NCBI GenBank assembly: GCA_013239625.1
Contig: MU053472.1
Span: forward strand, 1,815,236-1,879,235
Source: Lama guanicoe
Lineage: Eukaryota
Reading direction: 5' to 3'
DNA: 64,000 nt
A program made the translations under genes and the position numbers. The notes below the pieces were generated by a model. It ran no database searches and had not been told where the DNA came from. It saw nothing but the letters and a program-made list of their open reading frames with translations. Of this stretch, positions 51,559 through 64,000 are shown one piece after another. Position 1 is the first letter of the stretch. Each line of letters starts with the position of its first letter.

Positions 51559-52379
51559 ACTTGTTTGTGATGGTGCTAAAGTAGGTAATTGCTACCTGGG
51601 CTTATTAATGAACAAAGGTAACTATAAGTCTCATGTCAAGTTTTCCCCCATTACCGCTAGTTCAGGAGATGCCCCCCTGCTCAGTTCCTTTTCACTTTTG
51701 CAAAACAAAACACCTTTTCCAGGAGCATCTTTTGGCAGGTTGTCAACAAGCAAAAGCCTGGAATTCCTTCATGGCGTATTTTTGTCCTGTAAGGAGCTTC
51801 TCTAACTGACAGCTTCATCAGTCCTTCCCCCTAGCTTCTTCCAGTTAAAAGTCAACTTGCAGCATGGCCTCCAAATGGTAGGTGACAGCCCTAAGAGCAT
51901 TTTCGTAAAGCATCAATTCATTTTGTGAAATAGGTTGATCTTTATTGAATGCTTACTGTATTCTTAGTGGTGTGGGAGATGAGAAAACTTGTTCCTTTCT
52001 CAATTCAAGGAGCTTAGGTTGGGAAAGATGAGGCATAAATGCATTTGAATTGCTTAAAAGATGAGAAAATACCACAAAGCTTTCTATGATCAATTGCAAA
52101 ACTAACGGTACAGATTGTAAACGCTTTGCATTCAAGAGAAGAAAGAATCATAATCTTAGAATGCGTAATCCTCCCATCTTCAGAGAAGATAGAATGCAGC
52201 AAGATTAATATCCAGGCTTAAATTTATATAGCAAGGTATTGTCATATCTGGAATTCAAATTCAGATCTTTTCACTACCAGTCTCTTGCCAGAAGTGCACC
52301 CTCTCCCTGACCTGTTACCACTTAGATTTTTGAGAGAGAAATGGAATCTCACCATCAGTATTTTTAAGTTTTGGACTTG

Positions 52380-52640
52380 ATGTAGTAGGTACCTGTCTAT
52401 CCAGCACCCTGCTGTGCCCTGGGCACGAGGTACCAGGTACCCAAAAAAGTGGTCCTTGACTCAAGTAGTTTATAGTCTAACACTAAAAATGTATATAGTT
52501 AACTGGACTACGAGATAAACGTAAGTCAGTGCCACAGAAGAGCCTTTCATAAGTATAATGCTGTGCGTGCCCAGTGGTGGGGGCAAGAGATTGGAACTCC
52601 AGCTTCTTGTAGGGGATGCACTGCAGTATTTGGAAGGGCA
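52380..52640 (-). mobile_element. L2 relic
   Basis: TACCTGTCTATCCAGCACCCTGCTG...GGTCCTTGACTCAAGTAGTTTATAGTCTA resembles an antisense L2 3' end. Confidence 0.55.
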
Positions 52641-53913
52641 TAGTGTGCAAAGGGAAGTGCTCTGATTTATTTTCTGTTTTTTAGTGCTTTCACAATTAGT
52701 TCCTGTTTTCCCCTAGGCTTTCTAACCTCATCTCTGTTCCCCACGCCTATTTTTCACCATCTTAGCCACTTCTACACGGGATTTTGCTTTGCTGCTGAAA
52801 CCTACTCTTTGATATTTGCAGTAACTGTAGGTTTATTTTCTCTCTTCTCTGGTATCACATGGCACAGCCCGTCTCTTGATTCTGGAAATAATTTGATTTC
52901 CACATTGGCTTTTGTCATTCATTGTGAACAACTGAAATTTATGCCCATTGACAAAAATTCCTCACTAGCTTATTTTATCTGCTGGGTCAAGCTTGACTTT
53001 CCTTTTTGCTGATCTTTCTTTCTTTCTCTCTGTCTTTCTGTCTCTCATTTCTCTAACTCTAGGCTTTTTTCTGTCCTTCCATGGTTTCTCCCATGTAACA
53101 TCTACACTCTGGAAGGTCATCTTGATGACTTAGACACCACCTCCCTATCTCTTTACACCTCTCATGCAGAGCTGTCTTGTCCCTTCAGCCTTTTCTATGT
53201 CTTCCTTCTCCTTCGTTTTATATCTGGCATTTAATTGCCGTATTGTAAATGGTTTGACATCATCTTGTGTTTTTAAAAAATGGAATCAAATAAAAGTTAA
53301 TTTATTTTGAACCCTGACTTTGATTCATTAATGACCACATGGAGATTAGGTCATAATTTTCTCACCTTATTCAAATATTTATCTCTACTTTTTCTCCTGC
53401 CAAAGTCAAGAATTCCAAAGTGTCTTTCCTCAGTAATTTAATTAGGCCACAAGTTTGAGGCTTAATGATGGATCAAAAAATGTATGATATGCTTGAGAGA
53501 TCAAGACAGCAAATTGATTACTGTTGTAGCAAAGGTTGGCAAATGTGGGAGAGGGAGCAGGTACTGCCCTGTGCTGCAGGATCTGAGTCAGTGATCAAGG
53601 TCAGCCTCAGTTCATTAACTTCTTTTGAGGGCTTATGGTCATTGTACATATAACTGCTCGTACCTTATATTCGAATTACAATATAGTATGGTTTTGGAAT
53701 GACTTATGTTCACTTCAATAATGTCCTAGAATAATATAGGGTGTTAAAAGATCCTGAGTAGCATAAGCTGGTTTCTGGTCATTTTGCCTAGTTTCTCAGT
53801 GACCTTGTACGGAAGGTCTCACCTCTCGCGATACTGGTGTGGACGAATGTGCTGCCATTCATGGGCACATTAGGCAGGGGCCTGTTCTTAACCTAATTAT
53901 CTAAAACCATCCA

Positions 53914-54045
53914 TTTTGTTTTGTTTTGGGGTGGGGGGAAGTAATTAGGTTTATTATTTATTTTTTAGAGAAGGTACTGGGGATTGAACTCAGGACCTTG
54001 TACATGCCAGGCATGCACTCTACCACTTGAGCTATACCCTCCCCC
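53914..54045 (-). mobile_element. Vic-1-like SINE
   Basis: Reverse-strand head and tail intact; TSD CTAAAACCATC at 53901-53911 and 54046-54056. Confidence 0.95.
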
Positions 54046-54744
54046 CTAAAACCATCATCTGTTTTAAAGAGCAATATACAGGGATTCTTATTGTGCTTTC
54101 AGCTAACACATTATTAAAAATTAGAATGCATTTCATGATAATTTTTAAGGACTTGCAATCAAGAAAAGTGTTTTTTCAACAATTCTAATACCCAGTTTCA
54201 TTTCTATGTGTAGACAGTACTGTAAATTGTTTTGACCATAAATTGCTAATAAGCCTACTTTTCAGTGACTTTTAACGTATTTTACTTGAAGCAGAATAGT
54301 GAATCATTTTAAACTTAACAGTTTTTATGAAACCTAGAATGAAGATGACATTTTATATGTCCAGTCCCTTGCACAGAAGTGTAATAACTTGGTTTGGGGT
54401 TTTGCACATGGATGGCCTAACTGCTATGAGATATGCTTTTGGGTAAGGATTCCTCTGTGTACCCTAGAAACTCCCAACACCAATCTTCAAAAATAAACAC
54501 AAAATCAGAAAAATCAGAAAAAAATGTAGATGTTAAAGACCACTTGAGAAGCAGAAATTGGTGTTGGTGATAATGAATTGGAGTTTAAGCTAAAGATATT
54601 TGTGAACATTGGATTATTTTTTTACTAATTTAATTTAAAATAGATTTTGTTCCGTTCAGTTTCTGTAAGTTGACTTTCATAAAGGTGAAATAATTAAACT
54701 TCATTTTCTAAGCATTAATTGGATACCCCATATGTAGAATTTTA

Positions 54745-57586
54745 CAAGGCCTTTGATAAATGCAGGCATCAGACATGCGTTTCCACCTGAAACAAATAAA
54801 CTGGGCAATTGTGTGATACAGTGGTTTTCAAGGCATTGGGTGTCAGGCAAGTAAGGACAGTGATCCCTGCGACATGGGAAACAAATGAAGTGAGTCCTGC
54901 AATTGTCCTGGCTCACTGCCAGTACGTATTGTAGGGAAGAGGAATCCTGATTGAGCACAGCAGTCTGAGTGGAAGAGATGAAGCTGGGAGTTTGAGGGGG
55001 ACCAAGTTGTCTGGTGTTCACCAGGCAGAGTACCAGAGAGCTGTATGGGTAGATGGCTCTGGAGATCTGCAGGGAATATCCTGTATGCCTTCAGCTGAGT
55101 ACCGATCAGTACATGAGAAACTACCCAAGACCCAGGGAAAAAAATCACCTAAAAGGGGCAGAGGGAGCATTCACTGGAGCTCACAGGGTTGAGAATAGTT
55201 TCTGTTTCCAGTAGCCAGAGTTGAAACTCTCATAATTTACAGGCAAACAGGGAGAATACACTGAAAATTTTTGCCTCCACAGTGGGGCAAATTTTCTTCT
55301 AGACTATACTGGTCCAGTTCTGCCTAACAGAACTTAAAGCAATGACCCAAGGCACATTGTAATTAAATTGCTTAAAGCCAGTGATAAAGAGAAAAAGCTA
55401 TAAGGTTTTTATGCTATACATGAAATGGTATAATATTCCTTAAAGGTAGATTTTGATGAGTTAAAAATACATGCTATTCACTCTAAAACCACCACTGAAA
55501 TAACAAGTTATATAGCTAGTAAGCTAAATGAGATAAAATGGAATCTTAAAAATAGTCAATTACTCCCGAAGAAGTCAGGGAGGAAAAAAAAAAGAAAAAA
55601 GGAACAACAAAAAAAACCCCATATAGACAAATAGTAAACATATAGCAAGATGGTAGATTTAAACCCAACATATCAAAAATTGTGTTAAATGTAAATGGCC
55701 GAAAGACCCAGTTAAAATTGGACAGAAATTGCCAGACTGGGTTAAAAAGGATGATTCAACATAGGCTGTCTACAAGAAGCCCAATTAAATATAAAGACAC
55801 AAATAGAGTAAAAGTAAAGGGATGGAAGTAATATACTATGTCAAGACTAATCAAAAGAAAGCAAAGTTGTTAAATAGATATCAGAAAAAAATATTATTAC
55901 AGAATAAGTGGACAGTCATAATATTAAGGGTGTTAATTCATGAAGAAGACATAGTAATTTTAAATGTTTATATGCCTGATTATAGACTTTTAAGCCATAT
56001 GGAACAGAACAGACTGCAAGCAGAATTAGTCAAACACAATTATAGTTGGACATTTCAACATCCTTTTCTCGATAACTGATAGACTAATCGACAAAAATCA
56101 ATTGAATAATACTAATAACCAGTGTAATCTAATAGACATTTATTTTTAAAGAACACTACCATCACCACCAGCAGAATCACTTTTTTAAAAATTGCACATA
56201 AAATATTTACTGTGATAATCCATATTCTGGGCCAGAAAGCAAACCTCAATAAATATGAAGGATTTAAATCATACACAGTTTGTTCTCTGACCACAGTGCA
56301 ATTAAATTAGAAATCAATAACACAAGATACTTGGAAAAATCCCCAAATATTTGGAAACTAACACTTGTAAATAGCTCATGGTTCTAGGAAGAAGTAAAAG
56401 GAAAAATTGGAAATTATTTTGAACTGAATAAAAATTAAGACACAACATATCAAAATTTGTGGGATGCACTAAAGCAGTACTTAGAACTTTATAGCACTAA
56501 AATGCCTAATGAGAAATGAAGAAAAGTCTCAGATCAATGACTTCAGCTCCTGTCTTAGACTGGAATAAGGATCGAAGTGGAAACCAAAGGAAAACAGAAA
56601 AATAATAGAGAAAAATCAATGAAACCATAGTTTCTTAGTTTTGATAACAAAAATGTGGCCCATAAAATGTGAAAAAATCGACAAACTAGACTTTATCAAA
56701 ATCAAGAACATCTGTTCTAGCAATACACACATCGGGAGAAAATATTTTCAATTCACATAATTGATAAAAGACTTGTATGTAAAATATGTGAACATACAAA
56801 AACTCAGACTCAATAATAAGAAAGCAAACAACCAAATTAAAAATTGGGCAAGTGATTTGAACAGATTTCACTGAAGAAGAAACATAGATGGCCAATAAGC
56901 ACATGCAAAGATGTTCAACATCATTAGTCATTAGGGAATTGCAAATCAAAACCAAAATGAGATAATAGTACACTCTTATTAGCTTGTCTAATATTAAAAA
57001 TATTGACCATACCAACTGTTGTCAAGGACATAAAGCAACCAGAGCTCTTATACACTGTTCAAATGTGGAATCATAGAAACACTTTGGAAAACAATTTGGC
57101 ACTTTTCTTTATTTTTTCATGTATCAAAATTTAATAGCAGCTATATTTATATTAGCCAAGAACTGGAAACAACTCAAATGTCCATCTACCAATAAATGAA
57201 CAAATTGGTATTTATCCATAAAATTGAATACTACTCAGCAATGAAAAGGAATGGATTTTTGAGGAATACAGTAACATGAGTAGATCTCAAAATAATTAAG
57301 CCAGTGGAACCAAACCAAACAAATAAATACTGTATGGTTTCATTTATATAAAATTCTAGAAAATGCTAACAAATCTATGGAAATAAAAAGCCCATGGATG
57401 GTCTTCTGGATATGGAGGTGGGGCAAAGTGAGAGTTGGATTATGGGGGGGCACGAGGAAACCTTTGGTAGGGATGGATGTGTTCCTTATCTTGGTTATGG
57501 TGATGGTTTCATAGGTGTATACAGACGTCAAAACATCAGATTGTACACTTTAACATACACAGTTTATGTCAACTAAACTGTTAAAT
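54745..57586 (+). mobile_element. Old L1 (L1MC/MD-like) with large internal deletions: 5' region, endonuclease region, ORF2 end and 3'UTR
   Basis: ORF 55822-56079 resembles the ORF2 endonuclease (NQKKA...IHEEDIVILNVYMP). Also AGATGTTCAACATCATTAGTCATTAGGGAATTGCAAATCAAAACC and a 3'UTR GTTCCTTATCTTGGTTATGGTGATGGTTTCATAGGTGTATAC. Confidence 0.88.
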
Positions 57587-58742
57587 TGTCAAGGATGACA
57601 GTTTATATTCTCATTCTAAGTTCTATAGAGTAATGCTATTTTGAGACTTTTGGTTTAGTGTTCCAATTAATCCAGTAGCTCTTTCATCTGAAAGATGAAC
57701 AATGTCTAGCCATTGTACCTGACTTGTTTCCAAACTGATCACTATTAAATGAGAAAACCAAATCGTGATATCATACTAAACCAACAGAATGAATATATTA
57801 CATGAGAACACGTATAACAGCTACTGAATGGATAATCTTTTGTCCTAAACTTCTACATCCGAAAATAAACTGAACATTAGATACTTGTTGTATAACTTTG
57901 AGTGTCTGGGTTAGTGATTTGCTTTTGAATTCTGAAATACAGACTAAAATCCTAAACATGCTTTTTCATTTCCTCCCAAATTCACAGGTTCTGGCTCTCG
58001 TATATGTGGCGGGCTGTACACACCCAGTCTGCCATCTTATGCCATGAAAGTCCTGCTTGGACATTGTATTTTGAAATCTGTATTACAAAGTCTTTTATCC
58101 TTTTATTAGTTTAGTACTTTAAGCCTTAGACATAAGAAAGAAGACTATCAGTGAAAATCAATTGAAATGCGGTTAGATAAAGATCTGTTGTACTAGGCAG
58201 AAGGCTTAGTTGCAGCACAATATAATCAATTAGGACCCTCCAGCTGCATACAGAGTTTTACCCAGCCAATCACTTTTCACACGTTTCCTCCATTAGCTTG
58301 ACTAGAGGTCTTTTTTTTTTTTTAATGTGAATTATGATGAATGAGATTGTTGTTATGAATATAGAGATGGGTCATTACCCTACAGAAACCAGACTGTGCT
58401 GGCGTTTAGTGATTAGGGCTTTGTGCTCCTGCTATCAATAAAGTAGAAATTTATCTGTCTCAAACTGTAATTGGGAAGCTGTAGTCATTGTTACGTAATT
58501 CATTTAACAACGTTATAATTGTGAATTGTTTTTGTTCATCTGGATCATTTGCATAACTTTTAAGTTCGTCGTGAGGATAAAAAGGAATATCATTTATCAA
58601 ACAGAGGTGGGAAATTTTTCATGGCTTCAAACCAAATAAATATCCCTCAGGAATTAGTAACCCCAGATTTAGCAACCTAGGTATCGCCCTTCAAGATGTC
58701 AAAAGTGGAAATAATGAATGAAGTTTACATACCCACCATGAA

Positions 58743-58872
58743 GGGGGAGAGTAGAGCTCAGTGGTGGAGCGTGTGCTTAGCATGCACAAGGTCCTGGGTT
58801 CAGCCCCCAGTACCTCCATTAAAAACAAATAAATAAACCTAATTACCTCCCCCCACAAAACAAAACAAATAT
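58743..58872 (+). mobile_element. Vic-1-like SINE
   Basis: Head plus AAACCTAATTACCTCCCCCC tail. Imperfect TSD CCCACCATGAAG (58732-58743) / CCCACATGAAG (58879-58889). Confidence 0.93.
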
Positions 58873-61035
58873 ATACCTCCCACATGAAGATCTGGAGGTT
58901 CGCAAAGTAATAACCATTAGCTTATTATAGAAATCCTATAGCTGTTAAATTATAAAAAGTATTTGACTTTTTCCTGGACTTAGGTTGTGGAATTGGAGGG
59001 AGAAAGACGTTGCTGGGTTTGGTTTAATGCACTCAGAGGCTGAGATTGGTAAACTGGGCCAATCAGCCTCACATAAGCATGTTTTATGAAAAAGAGATTT
59101 AATCATTAGAATACCTCCACCTGAGTAGATTAGTAGAGCATATAAACTACTGAATTATAGTCAGATTTGGTCTTTTTTATTTTGCTCTTAAGAAACTTTT
59201 TTTTTGTTGTTTTAACTCTTTCCTATTCTAGCCTCATGTTGTCAAAGAAAAAGGCTTTTTGCATGTCTGTGTGTGTTTAGAAGAAGGCCTTAAAAAAGAA
59301 AAAAACTAGAATACAGTGCTTACAATACTCAGCTCTCACAGATGTCAGTGCATGGATAGAAAAATCTCATCGTCTGCAGGCGTGAGCAACTTTAACATTA
59401 CATGGAAAAGCAGACACTGTTGCCTGACTGTAGTGGATACCAAAGAAGACTCCAGGAGAGATGCCGTCCTCGGAAGCTTAAAGTTAAAGCAGTCCTGCCT
59501 TTGAGGTCCATTGATGAAAAGACCTTTGTTTTGCGCTTTGAGGGTGGGGGAGGAGTGCTCAGAACTAGAAGAGTTAATAAACACCAAGAGCTGTGCTCAT
59601 CTTGAGCTTTAGTAAGCTTTAATCTGTAAGCTTGATTACCTCCTAACCCTCTATCTCTTGCCTCCCCCTTCAAGCACTGTGGGGGCTTTATGGCGGTATT
59701 AGTGGCATTTTGCCCAACATTGGCTTTAGGGAAATCACTCTACAAGAAAGGAAAGCAGAAAGACTGGATCTGTCTGCTATGTGAGGTCATTAACACACAA
59801 ATAACCTTATGAGCTCTAGAGGGCGGTCAGGAAAGTCTGTACTTACTAGAAATGTGCAGGTGACATGATACTGTCCTTTCCTTGTAGCTCAACTTGTTCT
59901 AGGCCTAGTGGCATCCATCATCTGGAAGAACTCCCTTTAGTTACTTTCAGCAAGATACTCCATTTTATATCATGGAGAGACCTTTGTGTTTCCTCTGATA
60001 TTTCATAAAAGTATGTTTGCTCTCTGGGATTTTTTTTTTTCAGAGATACATACTAGCATAGAGTTGCTATGTAATGAATTCTCAGTATGAAAGATATTCT
60101 GGTGTCTGGGACCAGATTTACTGCTCCCTGTTTTGCCAACAGTGATGAAGTCATTAGTGTAGGGGACTTGTTGTGAAGGACTGATTAAAAGCTCAGAGAA
60201 GCCCTTGTATATTTTTATATTAATCCCAAGAGCTTTACAATGTTCTTTTTTCTCTTTATAATGAATAGTTTGAGAAAATGACGTATCATTTCATTAAAAA
60301 TATCTTGGCAGATAAACTAAGACAGAAAATGATTATGGCCACAGATAAGCGATTAAACTATTCAGCCAACAAGCTGTAATAAATAAATACTGAGCCCATA
60401 TACTGTTAAACTGGGAGCCACTGGGTAGAAATAATTTGGCTTAAATTGTGACCCTGTGTTGTCAGAGGATGGGAGAGAAACGGTGACAGTTGTCACTTGC
60501 CTCCAGGGTATCCAAGAGTTGGTTGTCAGGTCACTTGAAGAACATGTGTGCCTTACACGTGTGAGGGAAGAACTCGGAGGGAGTGTGACAGCAAGTGATG
60601 GGCCTTGACAGTAAATGGTGGCTGTTATTTGCAACCAGAGAGCGTTGGCCGCATGCCGTGTGTTTGTGCAGTGAAACAGAAAGCAGCAGTTCCTCCTCAC
60701 AGATGGCATTGCCTGCAGGACGCAGCAATGTCCCCGAAATGAGGGGACAATCAGATAGCCATGTAGAGCCCAAGGGTAGACTAGAATCTCCACGAGGCCA
60801 GGCCTTGTCTTCTGTCATTGACTTTCCAGAAGTTGGAACAGTGCCTGGCAGAAAATGGCAATTTGATATAAAATTTTAATTAATTAATTGATTGGCATGT
60901 CTGGTGAGGGACAGGAGGTGATTAGATCTGGGCCTGGGCCCATGCTTATATGTAAGGCCTGAAATACTGCAGGCCCAAGGGTTGTGGTCAAATGAAGGAT
61001 TCTAAGCAGATAAGAACAAAGTATGGATTGGTCAT

Positions 61036-63010
61036 GTTGGTTTGAGAAAGTCTTTATTCCTCTTTCATTTATGAAGGATGGCTTAGCCAGGTATAGAATT
61101 GTTGGTTGGCAATTTTCCCCCTCCCCAGCGTTTTGAAGAAGCTTATCCCATTCTCTCCTGGCCATACAAGTTTTTGTTGAGAAATCTACTGATGGTCTTC
61201 TGAGGTTCCCTTGTATATAACTTCTCTATTTTCCCTTTTAAAATTCTTTTAAATTTTAAAATTCTTTGTCTTTGACTCTTAACAATTTAATTATCTTGGG
61301 TCTCAGTGTAGCCCTGTTTGAGTTCGACCTTCACGGGGTCCTTTGGCCTATATGGATCTGGATGTCCATTTCTCTTTCTAGGTTTGGGAAGTTTCCAGCC
61401 ATTCTTGCTTTTTTTTTTTTTTTGGCAATTCTTTAAAAAAATTATTTTAATTTTTGGCAGGGGAAGGTAATTAGGTTTTATTTGTTTATTTTTTTAGAGG
61501 AGGTACCAGGGATTGAACCTAGGACCTCATGTTTCTAAGGATGCACTGTACCACTTGAGCTATACCCTCCCCACCATTATTGCTTTAAATATACTTTCTC
61601 TCTCTTTCTCTTCTCCTTCAGGAATTCCCATAAAGCAAATTTTGTTTCTTTTCATTGGTTCCCATAAGTCCCATAGACGTTCTTCAGTCTTTTTCATTCT
61701 CTCTTCTTTTTGCTCCTCTGGATAATTTCCAATGTCTTATCTTCCAGGTTCCTGATTCTGTCTTTTATGTGGTTGATTCTGCTCTTGAATTCTCTATTGA
61801 ATCCTTCAGTTCAGTTATTGTATTTTCAACTCTAGGATTTCTGATTTCTGTTTGTTTGTTTGTTTGTTTGTATTTGTTTTTAGTGGTTTCTGTTTCTTTG
61901 TCCAACTTCTCATTTTGTTCATCCGTTGTTTTCTTAATTTTGTTTAGTTGCCTGTGTGTTCTTGAAACTCGCTGAACTTCCTTAAAAGTATTATTCTGAA
62001 TTCTGTGTCTGACAGTTCATAGATCTCTGGTTTTTTCAAGGTCAGTTATTGGAACTTTGTTAGTTTCCTGTAGTCGTGTCATATTTACCTGATTTTTTTT
62101 TTTTCCTGTTGTCCTTAGTTCCTTGTGTTGGTACCTGCACATTTGTGTAAGTGGGCTCCTCTTCCAGACTTCACAGGCTCACTTTGGCAGAGACAGATCT
62201 TTACTAATCAGCTCAGTTTGGGTTTCTCGGTATGTCTGCTGGTAATGTCCTCGGGCAGGTGGGGCCTGTTATTATGGTCTATTTTGGGCCAGGACAACTG
62301 TTTGAGCTCTGAGGTCAGGGATGGGGGATGTTCCACTGTCTTGAGGACTGTTGGATAGGACTGATGGCTTGGTTTCCTACCTAAGTGATACAATAGGACA
62401 GGCCCATGGTTGTTTGGATTCTCTGGTTGAGCTTGCTAGATGGTCAGGACTGGGTACTATATTCAGTAGCAGATGGGACTATGAATGAGTTTCCCTGCCC
62501 TGGCCTTTATGGCTCATTGTTTTGGGACTGGAGTCAGGCAAGAGTGTGCACTGAATTCCCTGGTCAGGTGAGACCACCATCTGCCCTGCAGATGGGGAAA
62601 GCCATGGGCTGTGCTCTCTGTTCAGGTGCCACTGTGAGCCGAGCTTTTGGATGGGCTCTGCAGCTCGCTGTGTACTCTGGTTAGGTTCGCTGGTTGGGCA
62701 GGCTGAAGGCATATTCATCCAGGAGTGGGACTATGAATTAGTTTCCCTGCTCAGGTGTAGTGGGAGAAGCAGCTCTACAGCTGATAAAGCTCTTTATTCG
62801 TTGCCTTAACTCGAGCTGACTTGCACCCCAAGTTCCCTGGCTGAACAGGGCCACTGGCTTAACTCTGCAGACCATCAGCTCTAACTGCCCCTTTCTCAGC
62901 TCGAGTGTTGCTGGGCTTATGCAACTTCCAGCTGTTCTCATATCTTTTTTGGTCACATGAGGCCAGGAAACACTCTCCACAGTAGCCACAACTATGTCTC
63001 AGTTCTCTTG
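61036..63010 (-). mobile_element. Decayed L1 5' region and ORF1
   Basis: Minus-strand ORF 60884-61165 reads ARREWDK...NCQPTILYLAKPSFINERGIKTFSNQ, similar to the ORF1p C-terminal domain. Antisense ORF1 text continues to about 62100. The far (5') boundary is approximate. Confidence 0.8.
61412..61572 (-). mobile_element. Vic-1-like SINE inserted in L1 ORF1
   Basis: TSD CCATTCTTGCTTT (61399-61411) / CCATTATTGCTTT (61574-61586); poly(T) and reverse-strand tRNA-like head. Confidence 0.94.
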
Positions 63011-63189
63011 CTTGTGCAGGATGAAGACGGGCCATTCCAGGCCTCTCCTAATTTATTTGATGGAAATGTGACTGGAGGCTCACAGCTACCTCATTCTGTT
63101 TTTCCTTTAGAAAATTTCTGTGTTCACTAATTCTCAGTGTTCATGGTGACTTTATAGAACATAAGTACCACAGATAACAAAAACTGGCT

Positions 63190-64000
63190 TTATTTAATAG
63201 AGGAATCATGTGCAAAATATGTAAAGAACTCTTATAACTCAATAATGAGCAGAACAACTCAATTAAAACATGGATATTTGAACAGAGACTTCACTAAAGA
63301 AGATAAAAATGTGACCAATAAGTATATAAAAGATGGTTATCAGCATTTGTCATTAGGGGAATGATGCTATAACTAGTAGAACGGCTAAAATTTAAAAGAC
63401 TAATAACACCAAGTGTTGATGAGGACATGGAAAAACAGTGGAACCCTTATACATTGTTGTTGGAAAGGCAAAATGGTATAGCCACTTTGTAATATAGTTT
63501 GGTAGTTTCTTAGAAAGTTAAACATCTACTTACCATATGATTCGTCCATTCCACTCATGTGTATTTACCCAAGGGAAATGAAAACATGTGTTTATACAAA
63601 GACTTGAACTCAAATATTTATTGCAGCTACATTCATAATAACCAAACTCTTTAAACAAACCAAATGTTCATCTGTTTGTGAAAAGATTAAAAAGGGGTTG
63701 TGTTTTACCCCTACTTAGCAATAAAAGGAAAGGGACTACTGATTGATACACATTGCAACTTGGATGAATCACAAAAGCACCATGCTAAAGGAAAAAAGAC
63801 AGACATAAAACACTGTATACTGCCTGATTCCATTTCTATGAAATGCTTGAAAAGGCAAAACTGTAGAGATAGAATGCAGCTCAGTGATTGCCAGGGGACA
63901 GGAGTTGGAGGAAAGAGATTGACTTCCAGTGGGCACAAGTGGACCTTTTGGAGTGATAGAAATGTTCTATATCTTGATTGTAGTGATGATTATATACTAT
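63190..64000 (+). mobile_element. Old L1 ORF2 end and 3'UTR (L1MC/ME-like), running off the window
   Basis: GAACAGAGACTTCACTAAAGAAGATA...CCATATGATTCGTCCATTCCACTC...GGAGTGATAGAAATGTTCTATATCTTGATTG. Confidence 0.88.

Noticed and set aside
59340..59504. Possible coding exon after CTCTCACAG
   Set aside because: None of the reading frames resembles a protein I recognise, and the pyrimidine tract is weak.
60362..60879. Overlapping ORFs of 94-143 aa
   Set aside because: No recognisable domain, non-ATG starts and no supported splice structure.
1..64000. Assignment of a host gene name
   Set aside because: No diagnostic exon, miRNA or snoRNA was recognised; a genome alignment is required.

Overview
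This is non-coding mammalian genomic DNA, very probably from a camelid (camel, alpaca or llama). The evidence is nine copies of a tRNA-derived SINE matching the camelid Vic-1 family plus artiodactyl-type L1 and Tigger1 derivatives. I found no intact protein-coding exon and could not identify a host gene; the window looks like part of a large intron or an intergenic region. Supported content: several decayed L1 elements, MIR and L2 relics, DNA-transposon fossils (Tigger1-derived, MER8, MER3, MER20, MER58), and one processed RPL36A pseudogene. Most computed ORFs are spurious or repeat-derived. The most notable observations are: SINE copies that appear to carry captured 3' sequence, one with kB-like and GC-box motifs; a TSD-flanked insert combining inverted L1 with unique sequence and a hairpin; a 28-bp near-perfect inverted repeat of pre-miRNA size; a complex hairpin-associated duplication; and a four-CCAAT cluster. 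Repeat subfamily names are from recalled consensus sequences, not a database search, and boundaries of old repeats are approximate. I see no direct evidence of a wholly new biological system.
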